A stretch of DNA of 64,000 nucleotides from Octopus vulgaris (Eukaryota). Below, in pieces: positions 52,992 to 64,000 of the stretch. The position numbers and the translations under genes are program-made. Numbering within the stretch: position 1 is the first letter of the stretch; each line of letters opens with the position of its first letter. The stretch spans positions 144,584,001 to 144,648,000 of the forward strand of contig OX597818.1 of the NCBI GenBank assembly GCA_951406725.2, written 5' to 3'. The notes under the pieces were generated by a model. That model searched no databases. It saw only the letters and a list, made by a program, of their open reading frames with translations, and had not been told where the DNA came from.

Positions 52992-53837
52992 GATTCAGTG
53001 TTTTATATTGACAAACTGGTTAGACTACCAGAATATTAATGACAGATTCAAGTTATCCACTGGTCTTTGTACATTTTTTAAAACTGCTATCATTGTCCAC
53101 AATAAACTTAAACGAATCAGTTAAAGAATGTTTGCACTTTACAGATAAATGCTTCAAAGATTTCGTGAAACATTCTGTATTCTACAGAAAAATGGAAAGT
53201 AAAATTCAGAAACAAATTCTATCTTTAAACAAAGTGTGATGAATCTGTATTTAAAATTTCCACCTGTTTTGAAACATCAGTTACGTCTTTTGGGACCTGA
53301 TGCATGAGACATGAAATCACTTCAGGTTCTATGATAAGCAAAAATCTTGTTTGAAAGTGTTCATATTTCATTAAAATATATAATCAGTACTTTATTTTAA
53401 AATTAAAATACGTTCTTAACATCAATTTAAAATGAAACATCAAAACGTGCACTTGGGCACCCACAGCATGGTATTGGCAAACATGGAAGACATCATCTGA
53501 CATTTATTGACAATTTGAAGGGATTGGATTCTGTCCACAAACTGATGGTGGCAATAATGGGATTGGCAAAATAGCCTCTTCTTCAAGAACTGCATGGGAG
53601 CTCAGCCAGAATAAATAATTAGAAAATGGTCATTTTTACCAAGTTCCTTCTATTTGTTGATTATTTTCAAAACTAAAGGAAAATATGGTCTCAAAAGTGT
53701 TAAATAGACGAAGATGACAAACACGTAAAGTTAAAAGTGGATGTAGAGATGACCAACCTAAAAGAAATTCTAGCCTGGATTGTATTCATAGCATTTACAT
53801 TGATGTTTAATTAATTTGGATAATAATCATTGTCATT

Positions 53838-54410
53838 ATTAATAATAATAATAATTGTGTACAGTGCTCAGGTGCACTACAACTCATCTAAAGTGTATAT
53901 ATAATCAGGTGTAGTTTCGGCGGATTTCGGAAAGCATGAGGGCCTTAAAGGATGCAGTGTCATGGCAGTCAACAACTGACGCAGGCAGTTTATTCCACGC
54001 TTCAGCAACCCTGAGCGTGAAAAAAATGTTTCCAAAAGTCATGGGAGCTGTGTTGTTTTCTGACTTTGTAGGCATGTCCACGTGTGTTAGACACATGGAG
54101 ATCAAAAAGGTGTTCAGTGTTGTTGTTAGTGAGGTGGTTGATAACCTTGTGGGTGTTTACCAAGTCCGTCGCCAGACGCCGGAGCTTCAGTGAATCCATG
54201 CCCAGGGAAACAAGGCGCTCAGAATATGGTAGGTGTCTGATGGAGGGTATGCGTTTGGTTGCACGTCTCTGGACAGATTCCAGGAGGTCAATGTTCTGAG
54301 CAAGATAGGGATTCCAAACTGATGATGCGAATTCCAAGTGTGGTCGTACCATAGCTGTATACAGTTTTAAATAGATGGCTGGAGAGCGGCTAACAAAAGT
54401 CTTGCTGAGT
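53838..54410 (-). mobile_element. CR1-clade LINE, 5'-truncated
   Basis: LYTAMVRPHLEFASSVWNPY...ESVQRRATKRI...YSERL...NTRGH...RVAEAWNKLP; 1-nt frameshift in the A7 run near 54020; (ATT)n tail. Confidence 0.94.
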
Positions 54411-55284
54411 GATAGGTTTTGCCTTAATTTCACCAGTACAAAAAAAAAAGACCCCCTCTCCCCAGAAATATATTGGTTTCTAGAAGTAAACTGGATTATC
54501 TATTTAAGGTGGTCATGTGCTCAAATTCATTTAGGGAATTGTTTATTGTATGTCTGAGCAAACAATAACACTTTATTCCGTGTTACCTAAGTCTTTTAGC
54601 TGTTAGGAATAGGTATTTGATTAGTCATCTGAGAATCTTACTCGCAAAAGACAGGCAACACACTCAGATGAATATTTCACATTCCTCAACTCAATAACAT
54701 GGACCAAAGCCAAACATTAGTCTTTAAAGACCTTCAAAAGAGTTTATATTTTCACAATATATATTTTTTATTTCCTCACAAAATAAGTTTGGTAACACTG
54801 ATTATAGAATTGATCACAGTATATTACTGGTATCTAACTTAACAATGCTTTGTATGATGAAGATCACCTCTTATGGAATTTGAGTAACTGCTTGTTATTA
54901 TTCCATTTTTATCACTATGAAAGCTTCTACTGAGTTGCTTGATGTAATAAAAATAGCAGCTGAATCTCTTCATACAACACACTACTATCTTGAAAAAAGG
55001 AAGGATACATTGTTTATGGTACTCTTAGATACACACTAAAAAAGACGAAATGGTTATGGGTTTTCCTAATGAGGATCTATCTGAGACTAAACAATATCAA
55101 CATCTAATATCAGTTTAAATGACATTGCTTCTCTCTCTCAGCAAAAAAATGTTGGTATTTTAAATCAATGTAAATTTATTCCATAGATAAATTAAATATT
55201 AATTTGGGGGAATTACATATTACCTTTTAAATAGGTAATATCAATTCCTGAATAATTACTAATGCTATATTGAAAAAAACAAAT

Positions 55285-55934
55285 GTGTCTGTGTGGTAAG
55301 AAGCTTGCTTCCCAATCACATGGTTCCAAGTTCAGTCTAACTGCATGGCCACCTTAGACAAGTGTCTTCTACTATAACCTCAGGGTGACCAAAGCCTTGT
55401 GAGTGGATTTGGTAGACAGAAACTGTAAGCCCATCATCATCATCATCGATTAATGTCCGTTCTCCATGCTAGCATGGGTTGGACAGTTCGACTGGGATCT
55501 GGGAAGCCAGAAGGCTGCACCAGGCTCCAGTCTGATCCGGCAGTGTTTCTACAGCTGGATGCCCTTCCTAACACCAACCACTCCATGAGTGTAGTGGGTG
55601 CTTTTTACGTGCCCCCGGCACAGGTGCCAGGTGAGGCTGGCAACGGCCACGATCGGATTGGTGCTTTTTACGTGCCACCGGATTGGAAGCCAGTCAAGGC
55701 AGTGCTATATATATATAGATAGATATAGATATATATATCTCTGTGTGTGTGTGTGTGTGTGTATATTTATGTGTGTGTCTGTGTCTATGTTTATGTCCCA
55801 TAACTGAGTGATTTGGCCAAAGAGACTGATAAAATAAGTACTAGGCTTACAAAGAATAAGTCTTGCGGGTCAATTTGTTCAACTACAGGTGGTGCTCTAG
55901 CATGGCTGCAGTTAAATGAGTGAAACAAGTAAAA

Positions 55935-55938
<4 letters not shown>
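55285..55938 (+). mobile_element. Near full-length CORE-type tRNA SINE interrupted by a nested SINE
   Basis: Head ctgtgtggtaagaagcttgcttcccaatcacatggttccaagttcagtc; (TG)n middle; tail aataagtactaggcttac...gcatggctgcagttaaatgagtgaaacaagtaaaagaat. Confidence 0.82.
55432..55705 (-). mobile_element. (GAT)n-tailed SINE, two modules, nested in the CORE-type SINE
   Basis: (cat)n-cgattaatgtccgttctccatgctagcatgggttgg...gctggatgcccttcc. Confidence 0.9.
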
Positions 55939-55967
<29 letters not shown>

Positions 55968-55968
<1 letters not shown>

Positions 55969-56350
55969 TAGCAGTATCGCCCGGCGTTGCTCGGGTTTGT
56001 AAGGGAAATAACTATATAAGCATTTTTAGAGATGTAAAGTATAATAGCCATCTCAATATGGCTAACCACAAAGGGGAGTGTTACTGTAGCTTTTTACGTT
56101 CTGAGATTTAATAATACATTTTTAGAGAGTTACTTCCCTTATATAACAGCAAAAAAAATGCATTAAAAATGTGAAAAAATGATGGTAAATTTTTTTTTTA
56201 ATCGTAGACTCATTGTAGACGTGAGCTAATACCCAGAAGGGCTCGATATGAATCACGACTATAAGATACCCGCTTTTGGTTACACTGCAGCGCAAAATGT
56301 GGGAGTAGTTAGGAATCTAAATCGTAGGAGACAGACAACACACAACCTCA

Positions 56351-56365
<15 letters not shown>
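55968..56365 (-). mobile_element. Non-autonomous Helitron
   Basis: Minus-strand 3' end is a CCCG-agcaacgc-CGGG hairpin, then cgatactg-CTAG|T; the 5' end merges into (TA)n-aaagtgaggttgtgtgttgtctgtc; no TSD; inserted in (TA)n. Confidence 0.82.
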
Positions 56366-56397
<32 letters not shown>

Positions 56398-56793
56398 GAA
56401 GAAACATACACACACGTGGAACCCCCAAAATCACTAAAATGTAAGCCTGAAGACTTAAAGAATGTTTTCTTTTTCCTTTTCTTTTTCCCTTTTCTCCTAT
56501 CTATATTCCTCTAACGAAGAAGTTGTTTGTTAAATGGAACGAGATAAATGCAAATTTACCCTGATTTGATAAACAGAAACAGCTGTAAATGGTTCCAAAC
56601 TACAATTAAACAATGACTTTTAATACTGATGATCAACTTCTCATTGTTAATTATTGCTCCATTTCTTTTCTTTTCTATATATATTAAACCAACTACTGCT
56701 GTATACCTTATATCTAGGACTATACATAGTGAGGTAATACACCAGTAGTGTCTACGGATACATTTATCCCTAAGATGGCTGCATAACCTCTAA

Positions 56794-56893
<100 letters not shown>

Positions 56894-56944
56894 GAGGGAG
56901 AGAGAGTATTATAACTGGCTATATATGAACTACACTATTTACTG

Positions 56945-57537
56945 GCGGATTTGCATCACCGGTCTGGAACCCCTATCTTGCCCAGGATATCAATCGTCTG
57001 GAAGCTGTTCAGCGACGTGCAACCAAAAGAATACCCTCCATCAGGCATTTGCCATATCCTGAATGCCTTACTTCCCTGGGCATGGACACATTGAAACTCC
57101 GACGTCTGGCAGCTGACTTGGCAGACACCCATAAAATTATCAACCATCGCACAAACAATAACTCTGAGCACCTTTTCAAACTCCACCCATCTAACACCCG
57201 TGGACATATTTACAAAGTCAGAAAACAGCACAGCTCCAATGACTTCAGGAAACATTTTTTCACGCTGAGAGTTGCTGAAGCATGGAACAAACTGCCGGCA
57301 TCAGTTGTCAGTTGTCGGAGCACTGCATCCTTCAAAACTTCCATGCTTTCTGAGATTCGCCAACACTACACTTGATTTTCTCCCCTCCATACACACACAA
57401 GCATGTATCTGACTCATACGTTGTTCGCTTTCCAGACATTTGTACATTACTGCATGTACTTTATACGCACTTTCTGACAAGTTGTGGTGCACCTGAACAC
57501 TGTATACAATAATTTCATTATATTATTTATTATTATT
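56945..57537 (+). mobile_element. CR1-clade LINE, 5'-truncated, ORF2 C-terminus still open
   Basis: FASPVWNPYLAQDINRLEAVQRRATKRIPSIRHLPYPECL...NTRGH...RVAEAWNKLP...RQHYT*; 3' UTR and (ATT)n tail. Confidence 0.94.
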
Positions 57538-59134
57538 GATGTACTATTTTTAGGCCTGGTTTGAGAACTTTCTGACACTACCTTGAATACAGCCTTGAAA
57601 ATTTACATTTTTGCTATTGCCATAATTCTAAATAAATAGTTTTTAAAAAATACAAGCAATATTTAATATAGTTGTGGTGCCTGTCCTTGGCGAGTAGCTG
57701 CAATAAAACTGAATTTATAATCTATTATTTCATATTTAATTCTCATTATATCTTGTCAGTTAGACAATAGAATGAGTGAGATGGCATCAGTGTTAGACTG
57801 TGATTAGGGCATCAGTTGGCCTTAATCCAACTCTATGTTTATATTAAAGTGGTTAAGTTTCTTTTAAGTCACTATACAACCAACATTACACATCATAAAT
57901 GTTAAAATGATTTTCTTGATACATATTCATGAATAGCTTGAAGTCAGCTCTATTTTGCAAACTTACAATCGAAATGTTCTTTTTAAAAAGACACGAGAAT
58001 GTAATTTGATGGAGTAGGCTGACATTTTGTGCAGAAGCCTTGACTATTTCAACTTTTTTTTTCTATGAATAATGTGTTTATATCTATATCATCTAATGCA
58101 TGCTCTGTTCCTAAGATAGCAGGGTGCAAGTTGTAGAAAATTTGGTTGGTGTTATAACAAATTTATAACAAATCAAGTGAATATATAGAGGTTTCTTTAT
58201 CGCACTAATGTTATATGTTTGTGTTCTATAACCCCAAGTCAGCTTTGATCAAACAGCCCTATGGTACCCAGTTATTTGGCAGATCCATCTTCCCATTTAT
58301 ATAATTCCTCCACTTAACTGAAGGTAGTTAAAACGCGAGAAAGAGGAGAAAAAAAAGTAATGTAAGGGAGGTAACTATAGATTTTTATAAAGTGTGATTG
58401 TTTTTATTTTTCTTATTTCTCGTTACACAGAAAAACAAACAATAGAAATTTTAAATATTTAATATATCTTCTCAGATATCACTGAATAGATGATGAAACG
58501 TTCGGGCAGATATTTCAACCAAAAACACTTGAAAAACCAGAGAAAGTAAATAAGTGTCAAGGGAGGTAATCGATAGGACATTTGTCAAAATCTTTTCTTT
58601 TTTCTGTCCGTTTCGTTGGCATCAAATGAGAGAAAGAGCAAAGATATCCTTATATTTCTTATGATATCTGAAATAACCCTTGCCGGCTACGCTATGTACT
58701 ATGAAGGAGCCTTAGGTTATGAACTAGAAGAGGATAAGCTGTAAGTAAACCATTGGCTTTGACAGAATCTAAATATTTCTCAATTGTTTCGTCCAACTTC
58801 CGTGAAAAGAGACAAAAAACGTTTCTCAAATGAAATCAATCGATGTTTTGCACCAATAAAGACAGAAACGATTACGATTATGATGATATAGTTTGAAAAT
58901 ATAGATAATGAATTTTATATAATACATCTAAAAAGAGAGAAAAAGAGAAGAACAAAGGAGGGCGGCGATTGTCGATAAACAACATCTGTTATGAAATGTG
59001 ATCCAGAAATTGCTTTTATGTTCCGCCCTCAGAATCAATCAATCACTCAATTATGGTCACGGTTTCTTTTTTGGGGGAAGTTATATATAAACAGCAATTG
59101 AAAATATATTTGACTGAGCTTCGATTCACCCCTT

Positions 59135-59161
59135 CCTCTGTGTGTTTGTGTGTGTGTATGC

Positions 59162-59203
<42 letters not shown>

Positions 59204-59338
59204 CACACCTGTATGAAAACAGCCAACCATTAACTGAAGGAATATTCAGCATACTTAAGTATTGTGTAAAATTTACGTCTACAAAGAATAGTTGACACAG
59301 TGACTTCGAAGTTTCGCCTTTAACTGGAGTTTGTTAGA

Positions 59339-59378
<40 letters not shown>

Positions 59379-59407
59379 TGCTTACACTTATCAAAGTATT
59401 CACCCTA

Positions 59408-59475
<68 letters not shown>
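59135..59475. repeat. Cluster of long (TA)n microsatellites
   Basis: Three TA tracts near 59163, 59342 and 59411. Confidence 0.95.
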
Positions 59476-59478
<3 letters not shown>

Positions 59479-59649
59479 ACGAGAGAGACCAAATAAAAAA
59501 ATTGACTCATACAAACCGATGCACAGGTGTGTTGTGTGTGTTTGTGTGTTGGGAAAACTTAAATACCGCAACAAATAGTAAATACCACCTGTTATCTTTT
59601 GTGATTCCCTCGCATTGTTGATAACTCGGTGATTCTTTTTTTTCTATAT

Positions 59650-62600
59650 ATCTGCCATGTGCAGAATATAGAACATCGGCGATCATGTCTTGCCTCTGTT
59701 CTTTATCCTTTCTTTTCTGTAACTGTTACACTTTCTGATGTTTAATCTTACTTTCTTCCAACCAGTTCGTTCAGCTTGACATCGATATCATCCTTCTCCT
59801 TCTTTTCCCTTCAATCTTTCCAGTCATCACCAAATTCTCTAGACCCTATTTGCTCACCACAAGACCCAGAGATCTCAGTTGTTTGGTTCTTATCTCACAA
59901 AGCAGTTTCCTATTTAATGCAGTCTGTGTCATAATTTCTTCATTAGACAATTCCTCAGCATTCTCCTTTAAAACCACATTTCACACCTCTCCAAGCACCT
60001 TCTCGTTTCTGATATTATAGACCAGTGCTCTGCAACCTTTTTCCCACTTGTGGTACACTTATATTCTTTTCAAAATTCGGCTGCACACCTGAACAAAAAA
60101 TATAAAAATGTAGGGAAAAAGATTATATACTGCGGCACATTTAGCATCGTCTCGTGGCACACCAGTGTGTCACAGCCTACCAGTTGATATAGACCATAGC
60201 TCACTTCCATACATTAACACAGGGTTGACATTACAGTTCAGTTATACAGATCCTGGATTCGATGCCCAGAGTCCAGTTCCTTAATACATTATACAATTTT
60301 GAGAATGCAGATTTTTGCCAGCACTATTTGTCTTTTGCTCTCTACACATCTTGCATCTTCTTGATCAAAGTTTCAAGGTAACTGAAGGATGTTACCTGCT
60401 TAATAATTTGATTGTTCACTTTCAGCATGAACTTTGGGCTTCCCTTCTTTGTCATAACTATATACCATATCTTGCAATTTGTGAACAGACTCTTCCTCTC
60501 ACTTTCTCTGACCACTATATCAAGAAGTCTCTGAAGTTCCTTTGCCAATTCTGCAAGTACAACTGTGTTGTTTGCAGTGTTTCTGCCTCCTTTTTCCTTT
60601 TCCAATTCTCTTATGATTAATTTGCTATAGTAATTGAAGAGATCTGGTGACATAATACATCTTTGTCTAAACCCTCTCCCTATGCTGGTGTAACATGTCA
60701 TGTTTTACTTTGTCGAAGGCCTTTGTGTAATCTATAAAACATGAAAATGTCTTTTTGCATCTTCACCACCCACTGTTATCATTCTCAATACAAAAATAGC
60801 ATTTCTCTTACCAGCAGCCTTTACAAAGCCAAACTGTTCAATTCCAATCTCAGGTAAAATTCTCAGAATGATCTTTGTAACGTGACTCATGAGACTAATT
60901 GTGTGATGTTGTTCACACTCCACTACTCCTGACTTCTTTGGGAGTGCAATAAAGATGGATTTATTCAGATCTGGGAATTTCCCAGTATCATAGATCTTGT
61001 TTATTACATCTAATAATTTTCTAATTCTATATTCCAAAGCTTTTATCATCTTAATGACAATTCCATCTGGCCCAGCAGCCTTGTTTTTTTCTCATCATTT
61101 TGATGGCTGCCTGTGCTTCAGATTGCAGGATCTTTGGACTCTCATTAAAGTCGGGGAAACTAGGTAAACTCACTCTCTAACTATGCAATAAATCTCCTAT
61201 GTACTCTATCCATCTATTTAAAATGTCAACCTTCTTAACCAGTATGATACGAGCCTTTGCTCTGATATATCTGGAGTTTGAGCATCTTGACCTTCTGCCA
61301 GAGCTCTCATTTATCTTTTGATGTACTTTGTATCCTACCAGTAATTGCCTTTCTTCTCTCTGTTCATTCAGTCAGGTCTCTTTAGCCTCCTCCCTACACA
61401 TCTTTTTAGTCTATTTAGCTCCTGATACTCTTTGCATTTCCTGTCTTGATCTGTCTCTTACTCATCACTGAAAAGATCTCTTCAGTCATACATTTCTTTT
61501 TTTGGATTTTATTATTTTTGGGGGGCAGAATTTCCTGGGCTATTTCTACAAAGGTGTTTCTCATTACTTCCCAGGTAATCTCCTCACCATTATCAATCAA
61601 CTGATTAAATCTATTCTTTACATTGATGGATTACTCTGGCTGCATATCTGGCTTATTCAGCGGCTCAACATCTGGTCTCTCCATTGTTCTTATTCACTTC
61701 AACTTCTTTAATTTACATTGGAATGTGCATAACACTGGTAGATGGTTGCTCCCACACTCTGTTCCTGGATATGTTTTTGCATGTTTCACTGATCTTTTAA
61801 ATGTGTTATTGATGGAGATATAATCAATCCAGTTTTCCAAGCTGTCACCAGGGCCTTTCCATGTGTAAATTCTTCTAGGGTGCTCCTTAAATCATGTGTT
61901 TGTAATAATCATATTCTTTGCCTCTTGCCAATTCCATACTGGCCAACTTTGTTATCCTGTCCACAACACATCATTGCATTTAGATCTCCCATGATGACAG
62001 TTTCATCTGACTTGCACTGAGATTTGGCTTCTTCCAAAGTCTCATAGAAGTCATCAGTCTCCACTTCTCAGCTATTTGCTATGGGTGGTTAAACAACTAT
62101 GATGGCGATGTTAAATAGCTGTCCATGCCATTTGACCAGCAGGACTTTTTCACTTATTGTTCAGTAGCCAAGGGCACATTTTGCCCTGTCAGGATCTAAA
62201 AGTAGTCCTACGCCTTTTTCATGTTTGTTATCACCTTTATAAACCATCTTGAAACGATCAATGATGAAGTAACCATTATTTGCTTACCTTGTTCCATTTA
62301 TGATGTTTAGTCTCATCATCTCTTGTTTAACAATTTCAAGCTTGCTACTTTGATATAAAGGTCTCATATTCCAGGTTCCAACTCTAATGGTACTTCTGTT
62401 GCTAGCAATAGTTTTCTGACACTCAGGACCCACCTGCTGCTCATGGGATACCCTACTGAGTGAGGAGTCATCCTCATTAGACAAACAAGCCCCACTTGAT
62501 GCTGTTATTTTTCAGCATTGATTTGCGACTATTCATGAGTGTTCTTGGGAATTGTAAGGTAGTCATGTGGTTTCCCTGCTGCCTTCTTCACTGCAGCATG

Positions 62601-62700
62601 ATGGTCACATCTAGGGTTACCAGAATGCCTGCCACTTTATCAAGATCTACCGTTGACCATCACTCAAGGATCATCTTCTGAGACACTTGTACTGCATCAC
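59650..62700 (-). mobile_element. Near full-length decayed RTE (BovB-like) LINE: APE endonuclease plus RT
   Basis: IRVGTWNMRPLYQ, GDLNA, WIDYI, KAAGPDG, FIALPKK...TISLMSHVTKII, EQFGF, RGFRQRCIMSP; many stops and frameshifts. Confidence 0.92.
60023..60187. mobile_element. hAT (Charlie/Buster-like) MITE nested in the RTE
   Basis: Starts CAGTGctctgcaaccttttt; internal ggcacaccagtgtg; 8-bp TSD ttaTAgac/ataTAgac with central TA; right TIR partly lost. Confidence 0.65.
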
Positions 62701-64000
62701 TGCTGCCTGGTGCAGGGCATTGCTAGGCCTATTTAAAGGCAGCCTATACTCGCCCTGCCACTGCAATATCCTTGTGGATATGCTGTTTTTGGTGATCCTG
62801 TTGGTGCTACCCAAACAGCATCTGGCCCCTTGTTGCTGCTGTAGCTCCCCTTTCAGTTGTCTTTTACAACATACAGAGGATGCATGGGAGGTATTTTTTT
62901 AAAGGCCCATCCCCAAGCTAAAACTCTTCATTCTTTCATTTCCCCTCTCCCACATTTCCCTGCCTTCTTTTGCTCACTTTCCCTCCTCTTTTCACTTTGT
63001 CCCTGTCATTTTTTCTCGCCTCTCCTTAATTCTTCTGTCCCTCTACCTCTACCTCTCTCTCTTCTCTCCCCACGTGACCAGTGTTCGGCAAAGCCTGATC
63101 TTTCTTTCTTGGTTCGGTTGTCCATGCAACATCTATATTCCTCCCTGTGCCTATGAAATCTTGTAACCCTGCTGTAAGGCTTTATTTCCACACACACCAG
63201 CTTAATTTAATTCATCGAAAGACACCTGTTGTTATATCCTGTTATTTGTATTTGTGTAACATTCTCCGTTTTTTCTCCGTCCTTGTTTTGTATACATTCG
63301 CTGTTTTCTTCCAAGGAATCTAATGCACTTAGCTTAGTTTTTCCTTGGGGCAGGCCAGATAGGAGCAATCTTGAGTATTATCAGCTGAAATTGCAAAGAT
63401 AATCTGGAACTCGACTGAGGATAGAAAACTCCGAATGACCCATCCTTGTTTCATTTGTATCGTTTATCTGGATGTTTTGCATTCTTGTCCCATTTTGTAT
63501 TTTATATACATATATATATAATGCATAATAGATATATACCCACACCCCTACACACGACTGCTGGCAGAGTTGTCAAAGCAGTAGATAGATTACTTTGCTG
63601 TAACTTTTTTAACATCTTGTGATCTAAGTTCTAGTCCTGTGAAGGTTAACTTTACCGCTCATTCTTCTGGGGTTGATAAAGTACCAGTCCTATGGAATCA
63701 GTTTTTCTGTGTATGTGTGTGTAAGTGTATGTATATGTATGTATGTAGGTGTGTACCTACATGTATATATGTATGCTTGTTTGTGTGTGTGTGTGTAGTA
63801 GAAAGGAAAATGTAATGACTAATGGGACAATGGTAGACCTTTCATAAATGTATTCATTTCTTAGTAAGATGGGTAATTTTTTAAGAGACCCTTTCATTTT
63901 ATGTTCTGCAGCCAACATATAACAAGTCTTTGTTAATCATCTCAGTTAGATCACAAACTAGAAATTATACACATTTTGCTAAAAACACAACAGTAATTAT

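Noticed and set aside
53450-53640. GC-moderate stretch that might be a minus-strand exon
   Set aside because: Frames are short, with no recognisable protein and no matched splice-site pair
55285-55345. tRNA genes at SINE heads
   Set aside because: A- and B-box-like motifs continue into SINE bodies; no cloverleaf or acceptor stem
63405-63445. ctgaggatag...ccgaa as a hammerhead ribozyme (similar traces near 41290-41320 and 56512)
   Set aside because: Core and stems too degenerate to support a call

Overview
AT-rich, microsatellite-dense animal genomic DNA. The SINE and LINE repertoire points to a coleoid cephalopod, most likely Octopus (inference). The only host gene I can support is the 3' half of a + strand heparan sulfate N-deacetylase/N-sulfotransferase (NDST/sulfateless-like). 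It has nine GT-AG exons between 23308 and 40123 that splice in frame to 469 codons plus TAG. I found no upstream NDST exon in 1-23307, so that region is probably one intron of more than 23 kb. The rest is repeats: a complete but decayed DD37D (maT) Tc1/mariner element, RTE, CR1, R4-type and Penelope retroelement fragments, a non-autonomous Helitron, hAT- and piggyBac-like MITEs, at least three SINE families, and a 2.16 kb array of a 32-bp minisatellite. The best second-look items are 3-O-sulfotransferase-like substitutions in the NDST active site, inverted SINEs flanking in-frame exons (a circRNA/dsRNA layout), a ~370-bp G-U-rich foldback at 51.5 kb, a SINE with variable numbers of pseudoknot-like modules, 160-bp higher-order structure in the minisatellite, and a coding-like segment trapped in a Penelope composite. 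Nearly all supplied ORFs are microsatellite or repeat artefacts. I see no prokaryotic-type system such as CRISPR.
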